This document shows, piece by piece, positions 153,101 through 169,802 of a DNA stretch of 248,000 nt. Numbering within the stretch: the stretch's first letter is position 1; every line of letters starts with the position of its first letter. The notes under the pieces were generated by a model. The model did not search any database, was not told the DNA's origin, and worked only from the letters and a program-made list of their open reading frames with translations. Location: positions 60,036,001-60,284,000 of the forward strand of contig OX597826.1 in NCBI GenBank assembly GCA_951406725.2, written 5' to 3'. The stretch comes from Octopus vulgaris (lineage: Eukaryota). Made by a program: the position numbers and the translations under genes.

Positions 153101-153962
153101 GACATATACATATACATATATATACGACATATACATATATATATAAACATACACACACACACAGAGGCAGGCAGAAAACACCGTCAAACATATGTTGTAT
153201 GTAACCAATGCATATACGCGAGAGAATGTTTACTTAAATACGTAGATATTTGCTGTGTAGGCTTGCGAAATTGAGTACAATGCTATAAAATAGGTCCCAT
153301 CATAGCAACCGACATAAATGAGGAGGGAGAAAGAGAAGGGTGAAGAGGAAGAAAAAAGGAGAAAGAAAAGAAGGAAGAAGAAGATGACTTGGAAAAAAAA
153401 ATAGATAATGAATGCGCTTCCATATTAAGAAAACAACAAAATTTCAGTAAAAGGCAATAAAGAGAAAGATCAAAGTACCAAACCAGAACTAAAATCTACT
153501 AAAAACTGAAATAATATAGCAAACAGTACCATTTTGTTAGTGCATGTTCTCGCCCACACGTTCGCTTTGTCTCTCTCTTTCTCATATGGAAATATAAATA
153601 CACATACACAAACGCCCACCCACACACTCATACATTTATATTTATATACTTATGCTTAGTTGTACGTACTTATATGTATATGAATATTTGTACATCTATA
153701 TGCTTCTGCGTGCTCATATATTATATACACAGACTTATGCACATATACCATATACATATCTGTCAATATATCTGCCTATCTATGTATATATATATATGTG
153801 TGTGTGTGTGTGGCGGCGCCCATACGAATGTGTGTTCTTGTATAAATACATAGAATATATGTGCAGTAGTTCTTACATATTTATTTATTTGTATAATAAT
153901 CTATATGAGCATATATATATATGTGTGTGTGTGTGTCTGTGTGTGTGTGTGTGTATGTGTGT

Positions 153963-154032
<70 letters not shown>

Positions 154033-154301
154033 TTCTTTGTGCAATCTTTGAGAACGTTTACTTAATGTTGTAAAAATATTTTTTTTCCTCTGAATCACTT
154101 TATATACATATCTGTCTATCTTATCCGCATTATTTCTGTTTACATACAAATAAACACTCCAGAAAAACGTACATAACATACGCGTATATACAAGCAGAAT
154201 TATACACTCAATGAAATTTTCATACACATGCAGATATACACTCTGGAAGTAGACTAATCGGCAAATATTCGTAAGTATTCACTGTTACATTCTAATTAGA
154301 C

Positions 154302-154406
<105 letters not shown>

Positions 154407-154553
154407 TGTATGTATGTATGTATGTATGTATGTGTGTTCACATATATACGAACGCTTTAAAATTTCAATATGTGCATTCCTAGAGTTACAAATTCATACA
154501 AATTATATATAAGAATTAAAATACATAGAAATGTAATATTTAAGACTTGTGTG

Positions 154554-154592
<39 letters not shown>

Positions 154593-155256
154593 CTTTCTTT
154601 TTCCTTTTCTTTTTTACTTGTTTCAGTCATTTGACTGCGGCCATGCTAGAGCACCGCCTTTAGTCGAGCAAATTTCCCCCCGGGACTTATTCTTTGTAAG
154701 CCCAGTGCTTATTCTATCGGTCTCTTTTTGCCGAACCGCTAAGTGACGGGGACGTAAACACACCAGCATCGGTTGTCAAGCAATGCTAGGGGGACAAACA
154801 CAGACACACAAACATAACCACACATACATATATATATACATATATACGACAGGCTTCTTTCAGTTTCCGTCTACCAAATCCACTCACAAGGCATTGGTCG
154901 GCCCGGGGCTATAGCAGAAGACACTTGCCCAAGATGCCACGCAGTGGGACTGAACCCGGAACCATGTGGTTGGTTAGCAAGCTACTTACCACACAGCCAC
155001 TCCTGCGCCTGTGTGTGTACAAAGAGTAATCTTCTTCTATAAATACACTTATACATTTGCTGCGAATGTGCATGTACGATTTATACGTGAAATTCATCAT
155101 ATCTCCTGTAAAAATATCGTACAATCAGTGAATTCGCATAGACTTTTTTTTATATATTCAAGACGCTACTCTTTCATGCAATACACATACATGCAATTTG
155201 AAGCATGCATGCTCATTCATAGATAAATATACATATATAGAAACATGCATACACAA

Positions 155257-155304
<48 letters not shown>

Positions 155305-155391
155305 ACATATATATATATATATAAATGTAACCACATGTGAATCGCTGGTGATTTTCTTCCTTCGTCTTCGGTTCTTTTGGACTTTCCACTA

Positions 155392-155424
155392 TTTCTGAAG
155401 AAGAGCTTTGCTCGAAACGTTAAA
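155392..155424 (+). ncRNA. Minimal type-I hammerhead, intact core
   Basis: TTT-CTGAAGA-A-GAGC(TTT)GCTC-GAAACGTT-AAA. Confidence 0.75.
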
Positions 155425-155516
155425 ACCATCTTTCTTTCCTTCCCTGAGCGTCTTCTAACACATTACGTGTACCACGATCACGGGTTGCTGTTCCTTTTCA
155501 TGTCAATTCTTCTTTT

Positions 155517-155600
<84 letters not shown>

Positions 155601-156200
155601 GCGTATTTAAGTGTATATAAACTGAGAAAGGTTTATTTATATATATATATATATATACATATAGTGAGAATTTATAGAAAGAAACAAAAGATGAAGACGG
155701 GTGTGTAAACAACGAACAAATGTCTTTGTTTAACGCTCGGTGAGAAAATCTTTTACGTTCCTAGCCTGCGCTCTTCGACAGAAAGAAACAGAATTAAACA
155801 GGGAGAGAAAATAAACATAAATGTTTAGTGGCTAGGGATTTATCATGCCAAATGCCAGACATAGGGATCACACAGGAGAGCAACGAAGAAGGGGAACTTA
155901 TAAAGTAGTGGTGATCCCAAAACTACAAGATGCAGGAGGAAAGCATGAGAAAAAGTTATGGCGAGAGAGTCAGCAGAAGTTTGTCATTACCTTCTGCCAG
156001 TGCCGCGTGGCGCTTAAGTGTTTCGCCCATAAAACCGAGATCCTTCGACCGCGAGTCTGCTGCTCTAACCATTAGGCCATGTGCCTCCACTATTAAAAAT
156101 GTATACATAATTGAATATCAATTGTCGTGATTAATAATAATTTCACGTATATTTCATCTAATGTCTCTTATTTTATCTAATGTCTTTTATTCACCACTCA

Positions 156201-156238
<38 letters not shown>

Positions 156239-156396
156239 TATATATTTCAAAGGAGCACCAGGCCTATCAACTACTTTAATTCGTAGAATAGCTTTACGTC
156301 ATGTTTTTCTAAAAAGATGTTCTATTTGGCCGCCAAGGGAACCATCAAGGAACAGGCGACTTTGGTAATTTTTGTTGTCATACCAAGTGTTGAACT

Positions 156397-156447
<51 letters not shown>

Positions 156448-156719
156448 GTTTTTGGAGTTGGCTTCCAAGATTCTTTATTTGAATTCGTGTGTTGAAGCAT
156501 CTTCTATTGTATATGGGGAGAGTCATTTTCTTTTTGTGCCTTATAATGTAACACACTCACCGGTAAAATTTCCACTTATTTCATATTTTTATTCTCCTGA
156601 AATTTTCGTTGCCTCTTGCGACCTTTTCAATATATATCTATATATGCGTGTGTGTGTGTGTATGTATGTATTTATAGATGTATGTGTGTATGCGTGTATA
156701 TGCATATATCTGTATGTAA

Positions 156720-156766
<47 letters not shown>

Positions 156767-157312
156767 GATTTGTGTATACATTCATACACATACATATTAT
156801 ATGTAATACGACGTGTGATATACATATATGTAATACGTGTTTGTGTGTGTATATTCTGTTAAGAGACCTTAGCAATCCTTAAATGATTATAACATACGCA
156901 ACTCTCACAACTGTTTAACAAGGTACTCCACAACGTCGCAGATCTTTAATCAAAGACAATGCGAAGGGTAGATGTCGGCCAAAGCCTAGCCCCAATATAT
157001 ATAATAGCATGCTCTGATATCGTTTTTGTCATATATTTTACTATTCTATATCTGTTGATATTCATTGCTTTCTTCCAAAAGAAAATCTTTTATTGCAACC
157101 ATATGTTTATCTTTGTTCCCTTGTCTTTTTTTTTTAAACTATACACTTTGTTTATTTCTTTTTTCTTCGAGATTGTTTTCTTCAAGTACATTTGGCAAAA
157201 CTCTTGAGCTCCACCATTTTTTGTTTATGTTATATTGTTCCTGTATATGTGTGTATGTGCCCTGGTGGCAAAATGAAAGAAAATGTTGGTATTATTATTA
157301 TAATTATAATTA

Positions 157313-157419
<107 letters not shown>

Positions 157420-157427
157420 TTTATTAG

Positions 157428-157486
<59 letters not shown>

Positions 157487-157515
157487 TTATTATTATTTTT
157501 ATTATTATTTTTATT

Positions 157516-157546
<31 letters not shown>

Positions 157547-157738
157547 TTTTTATTTCTATTATTATTATTATTATTATCATTATTATTATTATTATTATTA
157601 TTAGTAGTAGTAGTAGTAGTAGTAGTAGTATTGTTGTTGTTGTTGTATTCTTGCTGTTGTTGCTGCTAATGTTGTTATCATGATTGTTGTGTTTCTCGTT
157701 GTTATTGCTGTGGCCCTTATTCTTTTTCATGTCATTAT

Positions 157739-157769
<31 letters not shown>

Positions 157770-157959
157770 GCAATTATTACTGCTGCTCTTCCTCCCATCC
157801 ACCCATCCTTTTTATCCTCCTCCTCCTCCTCCTCTATTTCTCCAACTGTTGCTGCTACTACTAATAATACTACTAAGACTACCACTAGTACTACAATTAC
157901 TGCTGCTACAGCCACCACTTCCACCATCAACACCACCACCACAACTACTACTTTACTAT

Positions 157960-158003
<44 letters not shown>

Positions 158004-158004
158004 T

Positions 158005-158097
<93 letters not shown>

Positions 158098-158588
158098 TAA
158101 TAATAATAATATCAAGCTGTGCAAAGACAATAAAAATAATGATATTAATAATAATAATACGATGGCCAACATAATACCGACTATTGTTTTTTGTATCATA
158201 TTCTTTATATTTTACATTATCATCATCATCATCATCATCGTTATATTCATCATCTTCATCCTACACCTCTTCCTTATCATCATCATCACCTTCATCCCAC
158301 AAAAATACATGTTTCCCATGAAAGTCAGTACGATTGTTAGCTCACACGGACAGGGCAAATAAAAAATAACAAATACAGATTATTTTGGGACAATTGTTTC
158401 GCTATTAATGAATTAAATGTAATTTTACTTACAATAAAATCCACTTGTAGCTCTTCAGCCAAAACTATCTGGATGAAACAACCAGATACACGCACATGCA
158501 ATTTAATGCGTATGTATCTCTGGCACTATGTATCTATCTATACGAACGCACATAGATCATTATAAAGATAGAATGACAGATAGATAGT

Positions 158589-158631
<43 letters not shown>

Positions 158632-158670
158632 GTGGCTATATATATATATGTGTGTGTATATATATACAAC

Positions 158671-158730
<60 letters not shown>

Positions 158731-158895
158731 CATGTATATATGTATATACATGTGCAGGATCATGGTTCAGTGGTTAGAGCGTCGAGCTTACGATCGTGAG
158801 GTTGTGAGTTCGATTCCCGGACCGGGCTTGTGCCTCGGAGGGTAAATTTCTAGGTGCAATCCCATGGTTATTCATGACCGAAGGGGGTCTCCCAT

Positions 158896-158934
<39 letters not shown>

Positions 158935-159050
158935 TATATATACATATATACATATATATTTATATGTGTATAATACATATAGATACATGCACCAGAGAAA
159001 TGCAGATAAAGGAAGATAAAGAGACAGACAGACAGATAGATTGAGTGATT

Positions 159051-159095
<45 letters not shown>

Positions 159096-160201
159096 AAAAG
159101 ATAGATAGACAGATTTCTGTTTAGGAATTTATTACAAGCATCGCACCACTAATGGACATAAATACCAAGGATGTTTTAACATGCGTAAAGTTGATGCTAT
159201 TTATTCATAACCTAGACAACATATATTTTGCATTCCAGTAATGCAATGCATCTACTAACTTCTTATGCGTTGCACTCAGCTTCAGTTGCAAAATATATCT
159301 ACTCGTTCCGAAACATGATCCAACCTATTCAATACTGTTGCTTCAAGGTCATAATATGTTGTAACGTACCATAATATGATATAACTTTGTTCATCTGGTG
159401 ATGATATACGGGACTTACAGCCGATGGAATGAAGTAAATATTTATTTATCAAATATAGTCCTTCAGGCCCAATGTTAGTACAAGCTACCCATACAGTTTT
159501 AACTGGAGACTAAACAGAGAATTCACATGCCACATTTTCAACAAGACGTTTAATAATTCAATACCGGTTTAATAATTCAATGCCGGTTTTGTTACTACCA
159601 GTGACAGACAATAATGCAACATCTAGCTGTGGTTCTTATAAAGAAAACTGGACTTACAAACATTTCCTCTAACAAAAATCCTTTTAAGTTACTAAATGAG
159701 AACAGCATTCTATAATATTTACTAGAATATTTGAATTTTATAACAAACTCATATTTGCCCAAAATACAATTCCAGAATTTATCCCATACATTAGCCAACA
159801 AATAGTCGGTGTGACATATTAATTACACTCATTGAATTACTAAATCTAGTAGGTACTTTTCTTTTCGAAGCATTATACAACTTACTATGCATTATTATGT
159901 CTTCCACTGCCTCACATGTACTTCCCTCTTGCGTCCGAAACTAATAAGATCCCCTCACCACATTCATACGTACATACATACATACATACTGGAGTACTAG
160001 GTTTTTTTAGAAAATGCTTAAAGTCAGTTGGTACTACTAGTGGCTAGGGGCGAGTAGTACGCTCCCTAGCTCAAAGTGTATTTCAGACACAGATCGTGTG
160101 TCCATAACCAGCTGGAAATGCTCTTTTACTGGTGTTAAAAGGTAGTAACATGTTTCTACGTAGGACTGCCAACTTACGTTTGCAAATTCATATTGTATAT
160201 G

Positions 160202-160236
<35 letters not shown>

Positions 160237-160255
160237 TTGTGTGCATACACACAAA

Positions 160256-160301
<46 letters not shown>

Positions 160302-161191
160302 GATAGATAGATAGATAGATAAGTGTATATATATATATATATATACATACACTCATGCATACACTCATGCATACACTTACGTAAACCCGAATATTCCAGG
160401 TGTTATTTAGTTAGGCTTGTCCCGAACCGATATGGGCCGAAATATATCTAAGTATCTTAGGAAGTGTTCTATGTACCCTCATATATAAGCGTGTATGTAC
160501 AGAGATAGAAATATAAAGAGGCAGATATGTAGGTTTTCACATAAATTGACAGATATATGCATATCTGTTACATCTTTCACTTCAGGAATCAATATGCCAC
160601 AACTTTGTTTTGAAACCTTTAGGCATAATTCAAGATATATTTATTGAATATTAAAGTTACAGCTAATTAGTGAGTTTCTGTGTACTTCCATTAATGCTCT
160701 GCAAACAATAAAGTACTTCATTAAAAATCTTGGATCGGGAGAAACATACTTGGTAATGTGTAGCAATTATTTAAAGTACATACGTATTTCATTAGTAGCG
160801 AAGGAAACAGTGTGAATATCTGAAGGTAGTCTTTATATCCAACGTGGCATGGATGCTTGTTATAACATTGAGTTATTAAACTTGAAAGATTATCCAGTAT
160901 AGGCGATTGGTGCAGAAAATTGTAAACGTAGATTATAGTAGATGAGAAACATGACATAGGCATCGTAACTCCGCCACCTCATTTCGCATGATTTCACAGA
161001 CATATGTGTGTGTATATGAGTATCTTGGTGTAGGGTCGCGCTCACAACACGCACACACATACGCACACATGCACACATATGTGCTAGCAGCTGACCGTTT
161101 GTATGCACCTGTATATGAGCAATTAGATAATGATTAAAAGTACTAAAGACAGAATTATATTCTGTAAAACAGAGACGGATAGTAAACTATG

Positions 161192-161246
<55 letters not shown>

Positions 161247-161267
161247 ATGTACGTATGTATATACACC

Positions 161268-161321
<54 letters not shown>

Positions 161322-161367
161322 TACATATATACATACATATATATATAAATATATATAGACATATATT

Positions 161368-161405
<38 letters not shown>

Positions 161406-163148
161406 TATACATACATATATATGTGTGTGTGTGTGTGCATGTAATTATGTGTGTATATATGTATATGTATGTATGATATGACTATAACTTGCAACTGACT
161501 ATAAACCAAAGATGGATAAAAGAACTCTCATTCAGTTCATATTTGACCATTTAAGAGTGCAATAAACTTTGGTTTATGGCTTGGAAATTAGTGCTATAAC
161601 TAGGTGGATTTTGAAGGCAGTAAATCATTCTTGTATAAATATTTGTATTACGAACAGATGTGAGTTACAAAAGAGAAGGTATGTTTAATTATCACTTGTA
161701 TATAGATAGAAGAATTGTATGTCTCTCTCTTTGTCTCTCTCTCTCTCTCTCTCTTCTTTCAGTCTCTGCATACACACACGCGCGCGCGCCTATGTATATA
161801 TATATATATATAACAATGGATGGGTGGTGTATGTCTGTCTACCGGATTTACTACTGAAAGCTACTTCGTGTGTAAAATTTCCCGACGAATACAATAGAAG
161901 TGTTCCCGAGTCTCTAGCCGTTCTCTGAAGGGAGCTATTTGATCTTTTGCAAAATGTACAAAAAAGCATTTAAAAAATAAATGAAGATTGATAATTTTTT
162001 TGCCACTTCCAAATTAACAATAAATATATTTAGGGCCTTATTTGTCCCCCCCCTATTGCGTGTTAGGTTCATCTGGGACTTTCGACATGAAAGATCCATT
162101 TTCGTTATGAAAACACCTACATCCACTTTGTGTAGGCCCCTCAGGCTCTTTGGAGAATATTATAAAGCTGTGGGCCCTTGCAACTCAGGCTGTTGCAGTA
162201 ACTGTACAATATTCGAAATTCGAAGCTGCATATTTGTTACAATGTATTTGTAACGTATTATTGAAGATACTGATAGGTTTTTGTCAGAGATGGAAGGCAC
162301 ATCGAGGAGATTTCGATATTTCAACAATTATTATAATACTAGCAGAGATTCCCGGAGTTGCTCGGAATTATGTACAGATAACTGGAGGTTAAGTTGAAAA
162401 CAACATCCTAAAATATGTGGAATATACTTCCGTTGAAAGATGTTTTATGTGTGCCTGAACTATTGGCATCTCAACGTCAGCATATAACTTGAAACGAAAA
162501 TGAATAGTAAATATAGAAACTTTTGAAGCATCTTACGACACCTGATGAAACGTTGCATTTAGTGTCATTACATTGTTCTCCATCAACTACGATACAGTGC
162601 AGAATGATGGCGAAACGATTACTGTGTTAATAAATGCATCTAATTACACTCCGTCTTCCATATTAATCATATAAAATATACTCTACGTGCACCTCAGAAT
162701 TCCGGACGTAGATCCGACGAAGAACGCACAGTATCGCCCATGACACCTGGTAACCATAAGTGGTGAATGTGCTCTGCAGGCACACTACCTAAGACTTACT
162801 CTGAAACAATGTTGGATACTGAATTTAGTACCTAATTTCTAAACTTAACATACAGATACGCACATATGCATATATGTAAGTATGTAATTATGCGTGAACA
162901 ATCTCAAGATTAATCCGCCGAAATTGCGAGGATGATACGGTTCTTGACTGAAGATAAAAGGCTTCGAATGACCCGTCCGTGCTTTTTTTTTGTATTGTCT
163001 ATCTGGATGTTTTTTTGTCCCATTTTGTATCTCCTAGTTGTCCGGAGATTTTGTGTTCTTGCCCCATTTTGTATTTTATTTTATGTATATATATATATAT
163101 ATATATATAGCAGCGTACGTACACTTTGTTCTCTTATATGTATGTATG

Positions 163149-163182
<34 letters not shown>

Positions 163183-163543
163183 TGCATGCGTGTATATGCG
163201 TGAAATCACTTGCATACATGTATACATGGACATGATATCACATAATGATGGTCGATTAATATTTTCAATATCCTAAGTTATTTGCAATAAATGTGGTTGC
163301 TCCAATCTTAGTTAACCGCGCTTAAAATGTGTACCATAAGTATGAAAACCCTTAAACCCCTGCGTATATATATATATATTTTCTCTCCTTCTTTCTGTGT
163401 TTTTCTCTCTCTGTGTATCTTTCTGTTGAAGAGCGTAGGCTCGAAACGTTAAAGACTTGTTTTATTTATATTTCCTGAGCGCCATACTAATACAATTGTT
163501 CGTTTGTTTTCCACCTGTCTTCGTCTTTTGTTTATTTTCATAA

Positions 163544-163584
<41 letters not shown>

Positions 163585-164099
163585 TACATATATACATATA
163601 TACATATATACATATATACATATATATACACACACACACACATATATATATATACATATATATGAGTGTGTGTGGGTGCGTGTGTATTGTGTATATCTAT
163701 ATGTGTAGGTGTACAAGTGAGTATATACCTTCATTAAGACAGAGAGAGGGGGAAAGAGAGAGCGAAAACTCAAGAACTACGGATCTACTTCCAAACTATC
163801 AAAATTCCATTGTGAAGAGAATGTCTCATGAGATACGTTAGAAAGGCCTCGTCAGGAGAATGGTTATACAGTTACAGAGAAAATAGTCGTTTTGGGTTGT
163901 TTTTTTTTTTAAATTGAAAATACCAAAGTCATATTAGCCTCGTGTTGACAAGAAAACGATTGGATTTTTGATAGAAACTCTAAGAATCTAAAGATTGACA
164001 TGCCATTGGGAATAACCGATATATAAGACTAACAGGCTTATATGTGTGTATTTAGCGCATAGACACATACATGCAGACATACAACCACACGCACATATG

Positions 164100-164181
<82 letters not shown>

Positions 164182-164315
164182 TATATACATATACATATAT
164201 ATATATATATGTACATGTAATCAAATACACATATATTTATAGATATATATGTGTATGTACATATATAATATATATCTATCTCTCTTTCTATTTATCAATC
164301 AGTCAATCACTAAAT

Positions 164316-164368
<53 letters not shown>

Positions 164369-164390
164369 TATATATATGTATATACATAAT

Positions 164391-165138
164391 CAAAACATTC
164401 AAACACTGAGATTTGAAATCAGATGTCAGTACTGTTCATATAACCTGTGGATTAATTTTAAAATTGATATCACCAGCCGTGACATAGGTGGATCGCAGGC
164501 GCAATAGCATTACATAGCTATGAATTATAACATTTGTACGAAGCGTAATGATGCTTAACAAGCATCCACCTGCTAGAAATGAGAGCTAAAGTCGTTAAAT
164601 TTATCCACTGTACCGCACCAAGATAATAGAGAAAAATCAGTATACGAGGAAAACAGAAAGAATTAAGACATTTAACAGCACAAAATAAAAATATTTTGGA
164701 ATTAGGGATATCCAGAAACCAGGATTCGGCTTTTGGTTATTTAAAGACTGAGCCTCATCAGGGTGGCCTACCGGGTAATAATCCATAACTCTTTAGTTAA
164801 ACTCTGACTGTGCAACTGGTTTTGATTTGTACCAAAACCAGAGCACATGGTGCATAAAAATTTATAAGCAAAACATTCAAACACTGAGATTTGAAATCAG
164901 ATGTCAGTACTGTTCATATAACCTGTGGATTAATTTTAAAATTGATATCACCAGCCGTGACATAGGTGGATCGCAGGCGCAATAGCATTACATAGCTATG
165001 AATTATAACATTTGTACGAAGCGTAATGATGCTTAACAAGCATCCACCTGCTAGAAATGAGAGCTAAAGTCGTTAAATTTATCCACTGTACCGCACCAAG
165101 ATAATAGAGAAAAATCAGTATACGAGGAAAACAGAAAG

Positions 165139-165140
<2 letters not shown>
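164391..165140. repeat. Direct repeat: 272-bp identical copies, period 478 bp
   Basis: 164391-164662 equals 164869-165140 as read; flanked by (TA)n on both sides. Confidence 0.9.
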
Positions 165141-165221
<81 letters not shown>

Positions 165222-165695
165222 AGAGAGACTGTATACGTACATTCGTACGTATACGCATATGTACATTTTTATGTATTTGTGTGAGTGTATATGAATGTCT
165301 GTGCGCTTGTGTGAATGTTCAGTAAAAAATATATTATTCTTTAACTAGAATATTATTACATTATTAAGAATAACTTCGATGTTTCTCCTTGCGTAGGTCA
165401 ACATCAGACTGTGATAAATTTGAATACGTCTTGCCTTCACATTCTCACGTTTAAAATAAAATGTTCTAGTGCGGAGGAGATCTGGTGAGTGATAATTAAG
165501 TAGTAGGCTAAATTGTTACTGAGAAGTGTAATTGAATCCATTCGATGATATAATTTGGACCAAGGATGTTGATCTTCGTAATCATGCGTATCTGTGCGTG
165601 TCAGCTGACGCATTTAAACATTGAAACAGAACAGTGACGGTTTAACTGCCTGAAACATTGAAGTCACTGCATACACTGTTCTTCGGGAATTTTAC

Positions 165696-165746
<51 letters not shown>

Positions 165747-166277
165747 AGCATTAGGTTCCTTGGAAGAAAGCAACGTATGTTTGTTCTAGATTGAAGAAGG
165801 TAGGTGTGACACCATTGCTTTGAAAACACCCTACGAATCACCGCTTGTCACAATTCTATTCTGATAAACTTTTATTTGACAGAGATGGACATGAAAACCG
165901 TCTGAGGTAGAACTTCTGAATGAGTGGTTTGGAGACACTGAAACGATGGTGGGTGTGACATGGGTCCTCGACATCTTATCTTTGGTGGGTTTCCATGGGG
166001 ACTTCGCGAATTGGCTGGAGACCACTGAAATAAGAGTATCGTATCTAAAAGAAGACTATAATTTGTAGTTCTCAAAAATTAACATTTCTCATGAGAGTCT
166101 CAAAAGTTCGAGAAAACACTGCATATACCCAAACATGCATACACATAAGTGTATTTATGTATGCAGAGTTTATATGCACTGTTCACAATGAACCGTATCC
166201 GCTGTAAATGTCTGTTTCTTAAATGTCAAAATGTCAATCACATCCTGGAGAGTATGTATGTATATATACATTCCTGC

Positions 166278-166347
<70 letters not shown>

Positions 166348-166545
166348 ACAATCAGGAACGGCCATAATAGGCCATTCACCCACTATATCAACCGCAAATA
166401 TTTGCGGTTGAATATAGTGGGTATATTATGGCCGTTATGATTGTTGATGTTGAACTTAAAAATGGTCTATGACTATTTAATTTTTTCCTACTAGGCCGCT
166501 GGTGGCAAAGAATTCTACAAAATTTTTTTTTGCCACCCTATATTG

Positions 166546-166641
<96 letters not shown>

Positions 166642-166821
166642 AGATCGTTAGCTACTACACACATTCTTTTCTCTCCTTGTTTTTTTCTGTGTACCTTTCT
166701 GTAGAAGAGCGTAGGCTCGAAACGTAAAATACTTTTTCTATTCCTGAGCGCTATACTAATACATCTGTTAGTTTGTACACCACCTGCCTTCGTCTTGTGT
166801 TTATTTTCTTAAACTTACCTT

Positions 166822-166862
<41 letters not shown>

Positions 166863-166946
166863 ATGTATATATATACATATATACATATATTCATATATAC
166901 ATATATATACATATATACATATATATGCATATATATATGTATATAG

Positions 166947-166985
<39 letters not shown>

Positions 166986-168185
166986 CATAGGTATATATAT
167001 GTAAATATGTCTGTATGTGTAAGAGGCTAAGTAACCATCTATGGGTTATTAAATATCCAATATACTACTTAGTTGCCTTAAATATGTATATACACGTATA
167101 TGATTATTATGAGGTGTGGACGTGTATGTTATTCATACGTAAACATCCAACACAACTGATTCTAATATACTCACGGCTTCGTCAGTTATATCATTTAATT
167201 GCATGAAATATATAAAAAGAGATATACGTAGCAGGGCCGTACCAAGTGACTATTTGTCTACCTACAATGGGTCAGTGATTACACTTACTTCCTACCAACC
167301 CAGAATACTGAACCAATTGAAACAGCGAGTAATTACGTGATTTACTGTTAGTGGCAGTTTGAATACAAATGCTGATCTTTGACCATTATAGAAGGAATGA
167401 CTAATTGCAAGACTACATCATTGATATTCACTGTATCCAGTCGCGTTTCAGCAGATTCATTTGTCTCAATGAATGAAAGCCACGCAAATGAGTGAGCGGA
167501 GTCTGAATGACAAAATTATTAATCCGTATTATGACATGCATTTCGTTGATATAATTTTCTGCGACCGTGTACAATATTTTCACATAAACTTAGATAAACT
167601 TAGATATGTTTCGACCAAAGATTGGTCCAGGCCATGTCTAACTTAATAGCACCACCTGATAGGATTATTCGAATCCTGTTTAAGTCAAGTTTTGTTTAAG
167701 TCAAGTTTTGTTCAAGTAGTGAGTTCTTGTTGGGTGAGTTGTATCCAATTATGGGTGGCTTATCTGGTATTCTTTGAAGGAATCTATCCAGACTCTGTTT
167801 AAAGTTGATGGGATCCTTTTCCTCTTTGATCTCCCTCGGGACATTGTAATAACACAGTATTTTTTTTTCTATATTTTAATTATATAGAAATTTTAAATAC
167901 ATGTAAAGAATATTCTGACTTTAAACAATGAGTATTATCAGTTGAAATATACACCAAAACAAATGTGTTGATTAAGCATTTATTTTTAAAGACAGATCGA
168001 GAAGAGGGATGATTGCGTCCGTGACAATTTTATGGGCGTTCGAGGCTAATGGTAGAAAATGAGAGACTTTAGTTAGGCTTCACGGGCAAAATGGCAGAGT
168101 AAAACACTGAGACAGATTATCGATCTACCTACCTGCCTACATGCCTCCCTACTTGCCTATATACATACATAAGTAAATAATACAT

Positions 168186-168217
<32 letters not shown>

Positions 168218-169736
168218 GTATACACTCTCCATGCAGCTAATGTAATAGTAGACAAATTTCCAGGCCTCTACGAAATTATTAGTAAATAGATAAATTCGAT
168301 AAAGAAAGAAAAACAAATTACGGTAAGCAAATTTCCCTTAAAAAAAACTGACTTAAAATAAGCAAAAATATACATATATCTAAACGCAACTCTAGACAAT
168401 AAATTTAAAGTAAATAGACATTAGGTACCATAGCAGACAAAAAAGAAATAAAAAAAACAAGTGACAGAAAAAATAACAACAACCAATAGCTGTAAAAGAA
168501 GAACTAATCAATACCCCCTCAACAACCGGTCTCTGTCCTCCTACATCAACGAATATAAACGAATAATCACTTAGAGTTGTAACACATTTTACCTGAAGTT
168601 CGCAGCAGCGTGAAACGTAAATCGCGAGACAAATAAACTGTCTAAACAGATTACACGCTCACATATACATATACACGTATATCTACAAACGTTTAAACTT
168701 CGGTGCGCATATGTATGTCTGCACACACACACACGCATATATACATATATATATATGTATGTATATATATATGTGTACATAGGTGCACACACACAAAAAC
168801 GCACGCACGCATATATGCATATATGTATGTATATACGTACATATGTACACATACACACACATACGCACATAGGTTTGTTTCAACTGTTGAACAATGTCCG
168901 AAGCTTTCGTTCATTGCAGCTCAGTGCTCAAAATTCCTGGTTTTTATCTCGTTTATGTAACTTTTCAGCGAAATGAAAAACATATATATGTACACATGTA
169001 TGCACGTTATTGGGTGTATCACGTGTGTGTTTGGGGTATGTATGCGTGTGTGCGAGCTGTGTGTTCATTCTGTGTTTGTTTGTGTTATTGTATTGTGAAG
169101 TATTTTGTCTTTCATGAAAAAACGCACACGCACACACACGCACGCACACGCATACACACACACGCAATATATATACAGTTACGTATGCATACGCAAGTAC
169201 ACACACGTAGATACGAACTTTCCAGTACACACACACGAACGTACGAACACTTAAATTCAGGATCACACGCACAAGGGACCAGTAAATGCCCACGCCTACG
169301 GATGTCAGATCAGCGCTCTGATAATGTAGGACTTACTTCTCCTATGCATTCATGTTTACCGATACAAACCGAGGATATGGAGGCATCGTCAAGTAAACCA
169401 GAAATCAATTCAAGGTGGACTCAAGGGTATCATTGTAGTATTTGCAGAATAAAAATCAAAAACTTTTCGAAAATTGTAAACTGAGGTAAACAAAATTAAT
169501 GAACGTTTAAGTTGGCTTGCTTGCATATAGTCTTTTACTCTTTTGCTTGTTTCAGTCCTTTGACTGTGACCATGCTGGAGCACCGCCTCTGGTCGAACAA
169601 ATCGACCCCGGGACGTATTCTTTGTAAGCCTAGTACTTATTCGATCGGTCTCTTTTGCCGAACCGCTGATTACGGGGATGTAAACACACCACCATCAATT
169701 GTCAAGCGATGCTGGGGAACAGACACTGACACATAA

Positions 169737-169802
<66 letters not shown>

